A stretch of 64,000 nt of DNA from Escherichia phage ECO340P2. Both the position numbers and the translations under genes were made by a program. How positions within the stretch are numbered: position 1 is the first letter of the stretch; each line of letters begins with the position of its first letter. Below the pieces are notes generated by a model, which ran no database searches, had not been told where the DNA came from, and saw only the letters and a list, made by a program, of their open reading frames with translations. Below are positions 17,260 through 25,979 of the stretch, in pieces. The stretch is from the sequence record OP172792. One strand, written 5' to 3'.

Positions 17260-20200
17260 TGAGTAAGTTTACATGGGATATTGAAGCAAACGGATTGTTG
17301 AATAATGACACTATTGATTATTTGGCTAGTCCTTATCGTCTCAAAGACACATTTCAAATGCACTGTATTGTCTTAGAGAACCATGAAACAGGAGAAATAG
17401 TAGCTTTCCACGATGGCCCTAAATACATTTTTGATGGGCGTCCTTATGAAGAATCAGATGGTAAATACACGTATGTTCTTAAAGAGTATGTGGCGCAAGA
17501 TTACACACATTTTCAACTAAAAGATTTCCCAGACTTTATTAATCATGAAGGTTATTTTCAAGACAAGCCGGAATATCTGGTTGAAATGGCTGTGGCACAT
17601 AACGGTATCAACTACGACTGGTTGGCTACAAAACTGTTTTACGGATTGGATTACAGTGTTAAATATAATACATGGGGTAAAAGCAAGGTAAAACTTATTG
17701 ACTCCTTGATTTTGAGTAAAGTGTTGAACCCAGATCGAAAGATTGAGGGCAAATCAGGACATAGCTTGGCAGCACTTTCTCGAAAGGCAGGTGGTGATGT
17801 AAAAATAGATTTCCGTAAAGAGATTCCAGAAGAAGATCGATTTAAGACTTTTGCTGCGGATATGCTTTATTACTGTATCTATGACAACAAAGCCAATACG
17901 AGCGTATATAATTACCTTATGGAAGAATGGGGTGATTATGATAAATGGGAAGGTCCGTTTGAACTTGAACAACGTGTAGCAGACATTATTACACGCCAGG
18001 AACACCGTGGGTTTGCTTTTAACATGAAGCAAGCAGAAGAGAACCTTGCTTTTTTGGATGCCGAAATGGAGCGTCTTCGTTTACTCGTTGAGCCTATTTT
18101 GCCACCTAAGCCAGCAACAAAAGGTTATCTTAAGGCTTTTATCCCACCTAAGTTGCAAATTAAAAAGAACTTAGAACCAACTAACCATATGATCAATTTT
18201 GCTAAGAAACATGATGGTCATTTGGAAGAGAGAGATGGGGACTGGTGGTTAGTTATGTTGGGGAAAGAGTGGAAACTGCCAGTTGCAGCAGACGAACCTT
18301 TATGTGATCCTCATATCCCTGCAACATTGAATGATACAACCCATATTAAAAACTGGCTTGTAGGTTTAGGTTGGGTACCATCAGAATATAAAGATAAAGA
18401 CTTGACTCTTAAATCTGGCACCAAGATTAAAAAGAGTGAGGAAGAACTTCAGAAAGGTATTCGAGCTTACGTTGAGCAAACTCTATCTTCTAATTTTTGT
18501 CAGGATCGTTGTGATCACCTTGAGTGCACACCGGAAACCTTAGAAAGGAAAATTCAAGAGCGTATAGCAAAAGGTAAAGGTCGCGGTCTTAAAGTGTTGA
18601 CTAACCCATGTTTTACCAAAGGTCAGGAAAAAGAAATTTGTCCTAACCTGCAAGCTTTGGGTGAGAAATTTCCTTATGCTACACAGATTGTAGAATACTT
18701 AACGTATAAACATCGTAGGAACTCTATTTTAGGTGGTGGTGCTGATTGGGAAGAAGACGAAGAAGATCAAGAATACGATAAAGGTTTCTTAGCCGCAGTA
18801 AGGGCGGATGGTCGTATTCCTACCCCAGCCGCTACATGTGATGCTGCAACCTCTCGTATGAAGCATAGGTCTGTCGCTAATATTCCTCGTGTTACATCTT
18901 TGTTTGGATGGGAGATGCGTAACCTGTTTGGTGTGGAGGTTCCTAAATACTTCCAGATCGGCTACGACTTCGACTCTTTGGAAGCAAAAATTGAATCACA
19001 CTACTGTGTGCCGATGGATGCTCAAGCTTTGACTCGTAAAGGTTGGGTAGGATATCACGACCTGAAGGAAGGGGATGAGATTTTAGGGTACAATGCTGAA
19101 ACAGGTCTGAAAGAATGGACTAAAGTAAAAGGTAAGGTCTTCTATAAAAATAGTAAGACGTTTGAGATTAAAGGGAAATCACACACTTACCGTGCAACAG
19201 CAGATCACCGTTGGTATGTTAATACCCGTAGTAAAGGGAATACTTATGTGCCTAAAGTCAGAACAACTGCCGAGCTTTGCACAGGAGATAACATTATTTG
19301 TAATGCTCCATTTAATATGGAACAAGATCAGGTAAATAGTTTAACTTCTGTTCAACAAGGTAAATGGGATGTTCCGTGGGTAGAACGTGTAGTTAATATG
19401 TCTCATGCCGAGCGTGTAGCTTTCTTGGAAGGTTTCTTGATTGCAGATGGTTACTGGCACGAACATAAACAAAAACCTGTTTGGCGTTGGGCGCAGAACC
19501 CAGGTGAACTTTTTGAAGCAGCTTTAACTGCCTCGTACCTGGTGCATGGAGGCAATATCTCTGTAGCTTTCAATACAAAAGAGCAGAAAGTAAAAGTGGC
19601 AACATTGACTAACCGCTCTCACATTCCTGTTCAAAGTTTGACTATTGAAGAGTGGGGTGTAGAGGATGTTTGGTGTCCACAAACAGAACTTGGTACGTGG
19701 GTCATGCGTCAGAAAGACTGCATTACCATCACAGGAAACTGTTGGCGGTACGAGCCGGAGCCACACGAGTATTGTAACGCTCTGTTGTTAGAGAAACCTA
19801 ATGATGTTCACACAATGATGGCAAAACGTATCACTGAAACTATCGGACGTAAATTTGAACGTAGTCCTGCTAAATCTGTTAAGTATGGTATTACCTATGG
19901 TGCACAAGCCGACAAGGTTGCTAAAACAATTGGTAGCGATAAGTTTACAGGTCAATTAGTGTTTGATGCTTTCTGGGAAGCTGCATTCCCATTGGCGCGT
20001 CTTAAAGAACGTTTAAACGATTTCTGGGTTAAGACTGGTAAACAATATGTTTTGGGTATTGACGGTCGTAAGGTTCCTACTCGTTCTGCTCACGCGATTC
20101 TTAACTCTCTGTTCCAAAGTGGTGGGGTTATCTGTGCTAAACGTGCAATGGTTATTTATGACGACATGATCGAAGAAGAAGGACTAAGTGTTGACTTCTT

Positions 20201-20591
20201 TAAAGATGACTGGAAGAATAAAGACTTCGTGCAACAAATGATTGCATATCACGATGAAGCCCAGCTTGAAGTTTCTCGTAACCTTGTAGAATTTAAATGG
20301 TTTTCACCTGAATCATTAGGTTGGAAGAAAGTAGACGATCCTGAAGAACAAAAGAAAATTGATAAAGAATGCCTTGCTAAAGTTGAAGAATGGAAGCATA
20401 ATAAGGAAAAAGAGACGGGACAAATTTGGGCTAACATTCATGAATCTCCCAAAGGTGGATGGTTTACAGCCTATAGTCGGGCAGGTGAACTTGCTGCCTT
20501 AGCTGTTACTAAGGCTGGAGAATTTTACAATCTTAATGTTCAGCTTACTGCCGGATATGATGTGGGTAATTCTTGGGCGTCCTGTCACTGA
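17259..20591 (+). CDS. Family A DNA polymerase with 3'-5' exonuclease domain, interrupted by an intein
   Basis: Exo I WDIEANGL; motif A DFDSLEAKIESHY; after the insertion DVHT, motif B RSPAKSVKYGITYGAQ and motif C IAYHDEAQ. GTG start after AAGGAGGAA. Confidence 0.85.
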   Translation: MSKFTWDIEANGLLNNDTIDYLASPYRLKDTFQMHCIVLENHETGEIVAFHDGPKYIFDGRPYEESDGKYTYVLKEYVAQDYTHFQLKDFPDFINHEGYFQDKPEYLVEMAVAHNGINYDWLATKLFYGLDYSVKYNTWGKSKVKLIDSLILSKVLNPDRKIEGKSGHSLAALSRKAGGDVKIDFRKEIPEEDRFKTFAADMLYYCIYDNKANTSVYNYLMEEWGDYDKWEGPFELEQRVADIITRQEHRGFAFNMKQAEENLAFLDAEMERLRLLVEPILPPKPATKGYLKAFIPPKLQIKKNLEPTNHMINFAKKHDGHLEERDGDWWLVMLGKEWKLPVAADEPLCDPHIPATLNDTTHIKNWLVGLGWVPSEYKDKDLTLKSGTKIKKSEEELQKGIRAYVEQTLSSNFCQDRCDHLECTPETLERKIQERIAKGKGRGLKVLTNPCFTKGQEKEICPNLQALGEKFPYATQIVEYLTYKHRRNSILGGGADWEEDEEDQEYDKGFLAAVRADGRIPTPAATCDAATSRMKHRSVANIPRVTSLFGWEMRNLFGVEVPKYFQIGYDFDSLEAKIESHYCVPMDAQALTRKGWVGYHDLKEGDEILGYNAETGLKEWTKVKGKVFYKNSKTFEIKGKSHTYRATADHRWYVNTRSKGNTYVPKVRTTAELCTGDNIICNAPFNMEQDQVNSLTSVQQGKWDVPWVERVVNMSHAERVAFLEGFLIADGYWHEHKQKPVWRWAQNPGELFEAALTASYLVHGGNISVAFNTKEQKVKVATLTNRSHIPVQSLTIEEWGVEDVWCPQTELGTWVMRQKDCITITGNCWRYEPEPHEYCNALLLEKPNDVHTMMAKRITETIGRKFERSPAKSVKYGITYGAQADKVAKTIGSDKFTGQLVFDAFWEAAFPLARLKERLNDFWVKTGKQYVLGIDGRKVPTRSAHAILNSLFQSGGVICAKRAMVIYDDMIEEEGLSVDFFKDDWKNKDFVQQMIAYHDEAQLEVSRNLVEFKWFSPESLGWKKVDDPEEQKKIDKECLAKVEEWKHNKEKETGQIWANIHESPKGGWFTAYSRAGELAALAVTKAGEFYNLNVQLTAGYDVGNSWASCH
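19005..19739 (+). mobile_element. Intein (about 245 aa) in DNA polymerase, with a LAGLIDADG-like motif
   Basis: Starts with Cys right after motif A; block-B-like TADHRW; LEGFLIADGYW resembles LAGLIDADG; ends ...ITITGN followed by Cys +1. Penultimate Gly instead of His is non-canonical. Confidence 0.55.
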
Positions 20592-20610
20592 TCTAACATA
20601 TTGTTTTATA

Positions 20611-20630
20611 AGGGGCTTCTGCCCCTTTAT
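20611..20630 (+). terminator. Rho-independent terminator after DNA polymerase
   Basis: AGGGGC-TTCT-GCCCCT followed by TTAT. Confidence 0.6.
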
Positions 20631-20640
20631 AGGAGGAGAT

Positions 20641-20832
20641 ATGCATTACGATTTAGATTGTCTTGGTATGCCTTACCTACCAGATGAATTCGAAGGTGAA
20701 GAAGAACGTGAATGGGACGATGGGGATATCCGTTGTTGGTCTTGTGGTAAAGATATGTCTTATGAACAACATATGCACAATGATGGTTTCTGCATACATT
20801 GTTATAATGAAATTGATCTGGAGGAAGATTAA
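20641..20832 (+). CDS. Small acidic zinc-ribbon-like protein
   Basis: ATG after GGAGGAG; CxxC...CxxC; acidic tails. Confidence 0.4.
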   Translation: MHYDLDCLGMPYLPDEFEGEEEREWDDGDIRCWSCGKDMSYEQHMHNDGFCIHCYNEIDLEED

Positions 20833-20999
20833 TGGGAAATGGTATCATGATTTGCTATAAAATTGTGCGTATTGTCGGAGACGAAGTTACCACTCGGTAT
20901 TTTATGATAGAGTCTCAAGCCGATGAGGTTTACAATGACTGGCTTGAAAAAGGTGGATACGATTTTGTATCTAAAGAAACTTTCCGTTTAGAAGTATAA
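20832..20999 (+). CDS. Small hypothetical protein (55 aa, not in ORF track)
   Basis: Hand-read ORF; ATG 20832 overlaps upstream stop; weak support. Confidence 0.25.
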   Translation: MGNGIMICYKIVRIVGDEVTTRYFMIESQADEVYNDWLEKGGYDFVSKETFRLEV

Positions 21000-21009
21000 G
21001 GAGAAAACA

Positions 21010-21228
21010 ATGCGTAAATTAGTGAGCTTTAATGTTTCAATTCTTGTTGATGAACAAAATGAAGATGTTATTAAAGGTCTTGCAAATAAGATTGCAGGTG
21101 GAATGACGGAAGCTGAAGTGTGGGAAGAATGTGCTCGACTTTATGAGGAAGGTGTTATTGAGGTCTTAGGGGATGAGATTAATATGGACGATGTTGTAAA
21201 AGTAACTGTGGAGCGTATCAATGACTAA
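21010..21228 (+). CDS. Hypothetical protein
   Basis: ORF track; AAGGAGAAAAC RBS. Confidence 0.4.
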   Translation: MRKLVSFNVSILVDEQNEDVIKGLANKIAGGMTEAEVWEECARLYEEGVIEVLGDEINMDDVVKVTVERIND

Positions 21229-21814
21229 ATCAAAACAAATCAATATTGCCAAAGAAATTCTTACCATATTAAAGATCGCTGATCCTAATTCTGTCTTGGC
21301 TGGCGGTGCTGTTCGTGATTGGCGTATTCTTGATATTGCTGGACGTGATCTGGATTTCTATACATCCCTTCCTGCACATCGGACTGAAGAACAAATACAA
21401 GGATTAATTGCATCTGCTTTAATGGGAACCAATATTCGTAAACTAGGAAACAAAGAGGCTTCTGACAATTATGAAGGTGTTACTGGTCTTAAACACGTTT
21501 TTGAGTTTGAACGTGATGGTCAGCTTTGCAACCTTATGATTATGGAACCAAGCGTAATGACAACCTTTCTAAATGAGTTCGATCTGTCCATCTGCCAGGC
21601 TGCATTTGATGGGAAGGACTGTTATTATTCTAAAGATTTTGAAACAACCTTGGAAACAGGGATCTGCTTCTTGCACAAAGATGTTAGAGAAGATGCCAAA
21701 CATGTTATTAAAATTGCTACACGTTTCCCATATCTTCGTTTTGTGAAAGAGGTTAAGGTTCCACGTCCACCTCAAGTAGATACCAGATTGGAAGAAGATG
21801 ATATTCCTTGGTAA
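21221..21814 (+). CDS. Minimal nucleotidyltransferase, CCA-adding/poly(A) polymerase head-domain-like
   Basis: Motif VLAGGAVRDWRILDIAGRDLDF matches the GG.VRD...D.D catalytic signature of CCA-type nucleotidyltransferases; only about 197 aa, so head domain only. Confidence 0.5.
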   Translation: MTKSKQINIAKEILTILKIADPNSVLAGGAVRDWRILDIAGRDLDFYTSLPAHRTEEQIQGLIASALMGTNIRKLGNKEASDNYEGVTGLKHVFEFERDGQLCNLMIMEPSVMTTFLNEFDLSICQAAFDGKDCYYSKDFETTLETGICFLHKDVREDAKHVIKIATRFPYLRFVKEVKVPRPPQVDTRLEEDDIPW

Positions 21815-21821
21815 TTAAAGC

Positions 21822-21851
21822 TTGACAATATTAAACATTTTATGATAGGAT
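21822..21851 (+). promoter_or_regulatory. Candidate promoter (TTGACA with weak -10)
   Basis: TTGACA 21822-21827; best -10 is TAGGAT at 18-nt spacing. Confidence 0.3.
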
Positions 21852-21859
21852 AGCATTCA

Positions 21860-22252
21860 ATGACTGAACGTTCTAAGATAGCTGTTGAAACTGTTTATGG
21901 AAACTATACCAGTTTGACACTAGTTGAGAAAAATGTTGTAGGTCTTGACAACTCTTTTTATTTTCAAATTTTGGTTATTCAAGGTGGAAACAAGAAGCTA
22001 ACTGCTCGTGTCGAAACATCTGAAATAATTGAAACCACTGTTACAAACAAAGAATTCATTTCACTGCAAGATACAATCCGAAACGTTATAGACGAAGAAG
22101 GCAAAGCTGCCACAATTAAACTCGGAGGTTTCCCAGTGCAAATAGTTCATTTTCCTAATGGTGAAATTGGAGTTGGAATAGGTAAAGGTAAATACCTGTT
22201 AGAGCAAGATGATATGGAAAGACTCCGCTCTTTCTGTGCAAAATTAATGTAA
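21860..22252 (+). CDS. Hypothetical protein
   Basis: ORF track; preceded by a candidate promoter. Confidence 0.45.
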   Translation: MTERSKIAVETVYGNYTSLTLVEKNVVGLDNSFYFQILVIQGGNKKLTARVETSEIIETTVTNKEFISLQDTIRNVIDEEGKAATIKLGGFPVQIVHFPNGEIGVGIGKGKYLLEQDDMERLRSFCAKLM

Positions 22253-22268
22253 TGTAGAGGAGATAATA

Positions 22269-23201
22269 ATGTCCGTAATTAATACTGAAACTGATCGTAA
22301 AGGCAAAACCGTAACTTATGCAACTGGTATCGTAGACTACGTTAAACTGGATAAATTCGCTGAACCTAAAACTTTCCATTGGGAAGGAAAAACGATTGTT
22401 TCAACTCACCGAGCTTCTCTTGTTCTGAAAGAGAAAGGTGCTAAACCAGATGAGAAAGGTGTTTGGATTTCTCTTGGTGACATTGAACTGAAAGAAGGTT
22501 ATGAAAACCTGCAAGTCAAAGAAGGTGATAATTGGATCACTATTGAAAAAGGTGTAGAAGTAAGTATTGATATTGATCGCGTTGATAATAAAGGCGGTAA
22601 AACTTACTACAATACTAAAAAATCTCGTATTACAGTATTGTCTACCGAGGGTGTTCAGAAGTCTAACAAATCTTCTGGCAATAAAGGTTCCAACGATGCT
22701 GCTCCTAAGCAATCCTATAAAAAACGTGATACTGTAGGTCTGGAAACTGGTCACGCAGTAAATGGTGCACTGGAACTGATTCGTAATGGTGTTAAAGGCG
22801 ATGCTTTCGATATCGCTGGGGTTGTTCAATCTGCAACTGTCACGCTGAAATCGGAAATTGCTGAATCTCGTGGCGTTGATATTAATGATTATGATCTTGG
22901 GGCATCTGTTGGTCACGCTATCCTCAATGCTTGTAAAGACCATACCATTAAGACTGTATCTGTAGAAGATTTGATTGACTCTGCTCGTAAAGTTCTAGCT
23001 TTGTCTGATAAAGTTGCTGCTGCCATTCGTGGTTCCGTAGAACAACCTAAGAAAGAAGAGAAGAAAGAAGTTAAAAAGCCTGAACCACAACCAGAACCAA
23101 CTCCAAGCAATCAAGAAGAACCTCCAATGGACTTCGATGATGATATTCCATTTGCTCCTATTGGACTGCAATATGGTCGAAACTTCCTGCATTGCTTCTA
23201 A
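22269..23201 (+). CDS. Putative ssDNA-binding protein carrying a host-SSB-like acidic MDFDDDIPF motif 15 aa before its C-terminus
   Basis: MDFDDDIPF is identical to the E. coli SSB C-terminal tip but is followed by APIGLQYGRNFLHCF; GGAG RBS; last plus-strand gene before a bidirectional terminator. Confidence 0.5.
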   Translation: MSVINTETDRKGKTVTYATGIVDYVKLDKFAEPKTFHWEGKTIVSTHRASLVLKEKGAKPDEKGVWISLGDIELKEGYENLQVKEGDNWITIEKGVEVSIDIDRVDNKGGKTYYNTKKSRITVLSTEGVQKSNKSSGNKGSNDAAPKQSYKKRDTVGLETGHAVNGALELIRNGVKGDAFDIAGVVQSATVTLKSEIAESRGVDINDYDLGASVGHAILNACKDHTIKTVSVEDLIDSARKVLALSDKVAAAIRGSVEQPKKEEKKEVKKPEPQPEPTPSNQEEPPMDFDDDIPFAPIGLQYGRNFLHCF

Positions 23202-23241
23202 GGTTTGTTTCAAGTGCGTGAGGTTGAATGCTGAATAAAAG

Positions 23242-23263
23242 AAAGGAGCCAAATGGCTCCTTT
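23242..23263. terminator. Bidirectional terminator at the convergence of early (+) and late (-) transcription
   Basis: AAAGGAGCC-AAAT-GGCTCCTTT flanked by A-run on one side and T-run on the other. Confidence 0.75.
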
Positions 23264-23265
23264 TC

Positions 23266-25938
23266 TTATTTATAACCCGAAGGAATATTATTATAATCAG
23301 AAAGTTTTGTGCAATACCTGAATAGGTAACTATTAGCTACTCCGCCTAATGTATTTGTTAATGTTGTTCCTGTTCCTGTAAGATTTGTGCATCCACTAAA
23401 GAAAGAAGATAATGCTCCACGTTTACCACAAACAGTTAACCCTGGGTTGTCATTAAAGATTTTATTAAAATCTGTAAGTGCTAAACAACCTTGGAATGTA
23501 GCTGTTAAAGAGGTCACTTTCGTTGGAATATTATCAAACATTCCTGCTGGAACTTCTGCAAGAGAGGTGCAATCTTTAAAGGTGTAAGAATATCTTGTAA
23601 CTTTTGATAGATTCTTAAATAAATCTGAAGGAATAGATGTTAAAGATGTACAACCTTCAAACGTGCTTGACATTGTTGTCATTGAAGGAAATAAAGCATC
23701 ACTGAATAATCCTTCAGGGATAGCTGTCAAACTTGTGCAGCCAGAGAAGATACCGCTTATAGATGTTCCGGTGTAAGATGTGTTACTAAAACAATCAGAA
23801 GTTATTCGTCTTAAGTTAGCACAACCTTTTAAGAATTGTGAGGCTGGGCTTGTAGAATAACCAATTCTGTTGCCGCCCCATAATTCTAAAAGATTTGGAT
23901 TTGCTTCCATAGACACATCAACACTATTCACTACTGAAGCACTTGCAAATTCAATAGCCAGTCTATATTCTCCTGCTGGATAACTATCCACTGTAGAGAA
24001 AGCTTTATTTCTAAATATTACTTTATTTGAAGGTATTACAACGTCATCCACTTTAACTACAAAGTTAGCTGGTGTGACAGTACCCGATAAAATTGGGAAC
24101 GTAATTGCCCCATCTGCCGAGTGGTTGAAATATCCGTTTAGAACCGTTAAACTACTACTCGGAGATGGAGCTAACTCCTTTCCCGCAACAGCATTCACCG
24201 TTAAATAAGAACTATCGGAAGCGGTAACAACACCTTGATACGTAGCTGTGCAACCAATCCTACAACCACCATCACCAACACCAGTTATTACACCAGTTGT
24301 AGGATCTACTGTAGCAACACTAGAATCTGTAGTTGTATATTCAACAACCATGCCAGGTAAGCTTGCTGCCCCTGTTGGCGTTATTTCTGCTACCATTGTT
24401 TGTGTTGTTCCTACATCCATCGCAGATAAGCTAGGGGTGTAAACACTCAATGTTGAAGCATATCCTCCAGAGGTATCTGATAAAGTTGTTCCTTCAGCGT
24501 TTAAGGCTGTCATACCTGCATCAAAACCACCTTCTGCATGGAAAGTCATTAAACCAGTAGATGATATTGTCATGTTTGCAGGGGCAGAAGAAGTGTATTT
24601 AATATTGAAAAGTTTACCTCCTTCTGGGCTAACAGAATGTGTCAACTGTTTAGTTCCACCTACAATACAAACTCCTAAAGAATCTGTAGTTAAGCTAGTT
24701 GCCAGCACATCTCCCGTAATCACAGAGCTTGCTATCGGTGTGAATTTATTATAATTTAGACCACTGTTGAACAGATACGAGGCTTTCCCATCTTTCCAAA
24801 TACCGGAATAATACATATCCCCGTTATAAACGAAAAAGGTTCCTTGATAACCTAATTGGTTAGTAATATCCATATTCAGCGTATGAACGCTTGTGAGCTT
24901 GTTTATATCCCAAGAACCCACTCCTTCAGGTTTAACTGGTTTTCCCACTTGGAGTGGATCTCCGCTCGCAGAATCATACCCCAAACCTAAGTTTGCAGTG
25001 TAGTTCTTACCAATAGCCCACAAGGAATTGTTGATCCCAACGAAAAAAGAGTGGCGGCTTGGTGGAAATTTCCATGTTGAGAAACCTGCTGCAAAGGTAT
25101 CCAGTTTAGTGTAGGTTGTTTCTGTATTAGACCTGACATATAAGTAGTTTACCGTGCCCGTACCACCAGAGGTGTCTCCTACAACTATTGTCTGGGAAAC
25201 TGTATTGATGTAATCTTTGACATACACTGTTTCAGTAGTGGATATCGTGGCATTGACAAAAGCGGTTGTTGTGTTATTATTACCTGCTAAACCTTTACTA
25301 GCTCCACAAACACGCAAGGTTCCCACATTGTTGACATAAGAGCATTGGTTGTAACCTGCATCAAAAGCAACTGCTGAACTTGTTATCTGACGAGGAGTAG
25401 AAACTTCGTTAGTAGTGCTTGCACCTAAACTACCTACTGTGTTTTGACCCGATCCATAAAGAACACCGCTATTCATTAACCAGAGAGTATTGTTATACCC
25501 TCCTTTAACCTCTTTAAGATTGGCTAAAGAAATAGTCCCTGTTATTACAGATGGAAAGCTGGTCCAAGTAGTTACACATGCATCCGTACCACCTGCTGCT
25601 ATAGATCCTACCAACCCTGCTGTCAATCCTGAATATTGCCATCCCCCACTGTTAGTTTTAATAACAAAACAACGATCTGCGGTAAACACATCCGCTACTA
25701 CAGTAGAAGCTAAGTGGAAATTATTGAATCGTGCACTACGAGTTCCATCTGCAATCTCACCAAAGAGGTTTGCGCCTTGAGTAAACAATCTACCATCATT
25801 AAGCAAAATTGCTAAACTGTTGTTAGAATTACCAGCGTTATCTGGGTAATCTAAAGTGATTACTTTTTTAACAATACCTGCTGGCAGAGGAACGACACCA
25901 GTGCTGGTCATAATAGTAAATATTGGAATTGGAAACAT
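23266..25938 (-). CDS. Tail fibre/adhesin with C-terminal BspA-type leucine-rich repeats
   Basis: C-terminal tandem units F.GCTSLT.IP..LF ... FKDCTSLAEVP ... FQGCLALT ... FSGCTNLT fit BspA-type LRRs; last gene of the late strand. Confidence 0.5.
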   Translation of the reverse strand: MFPIPIFTIMTSTGVVPLPAGIVKKVITLDYPDNAGNSNNSLAILLNDGRLFTQGANLFGEIADGTRSARFNNFHLASTVVADVFTADRCFVIKTNSGGWQYSGLTAGLVGSIAAGGTDACVTTWTSFPSVITGTISLANLKEVKGGYNNTLWLMNSGVLYGSGQNTVGSLGASTTNEVSTPRQITSSAVAFDAGYNQCSYVNNVGTLRVCGASKGLAGNNNTTTAFVNATISTTETVYVKDYINTVSQTIVVGDTSGGTGTVNYLYVRSNTETTYTKLDTFAAGFSTWKFPPSRHSFFVGINNSLWAIGKNYTANLGLGYDSASGDPLQVGKPVKPEGVGSWDINKLTSVHTLNMDITNQLGYQGTFFVYNGDMYYSGIWKDGKASYLFNSGLNYNKFTPIASSVITGDVLATSLTTDSLGVCIVGGTKQLTHSVSPEGGKLFNIKYTSSAPANMTISSTGLMTFHAEGGFDAGMTALNAEGTTLSDTSGGYASTLSVYTPSLSAMDVGTTQTMVAEITPTGAASLPGMVVEYTTTDSSVATVDPTTGVITGVGDGGCRIGCTATYQGVVTASDSSYLTVNAVAGKELAPSPSSSLTVLNGYFNHSADGAITFPILSGTVTPANFVVKVDDVVIPSNKVIFRNKAFSTVDSYPAGEYRLAIEFASASVVNSVDVSMEANPNLLELWGGNRIGYSTSPASQFLKGCANLRRITSDCFSNTSYTGTSISGIFSGCTSLTAIPEGLFSDALFPSMTTMSSTFEGCTSLTSIPSDLFKNLSKVTRYSYTFKDCTSLAEVPAGMFDNIPTKVTSLTATFQGCLALTDFNKIFNDNPGLTVCGKRGALSSFFSGCTNLTGTGTTLTNTLGGVANSYLFRYCTKLSDYNNIPSGYK

Positions 25939-25949
25939 TTAAACCCTCC

Positions 25950-25975
25950 ATAAAAAGAAAGCCCCTTTCGGGGCT
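25950..25975 (-). terminator. Rho-independent terminator after collagen-like fibre gene
   Basis: Minus strand: AGCCCC-GAAA-GGGGCT followed by TTCTTTTTAT. Confidence 0.7.
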
Positions 25976-25979
25976 TCTG

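Noticed and set aside
19005-19739. DNA polymerase insertion as an ordinary accessory or thumb subdomain
   Set aside because: The segment begins with Cys exactly at a conserved motif boundary, ends with Asn followed by Cys, and carries TxxH and LAGLIDADG-like motifs; intein is the more economical reading, though unverified.
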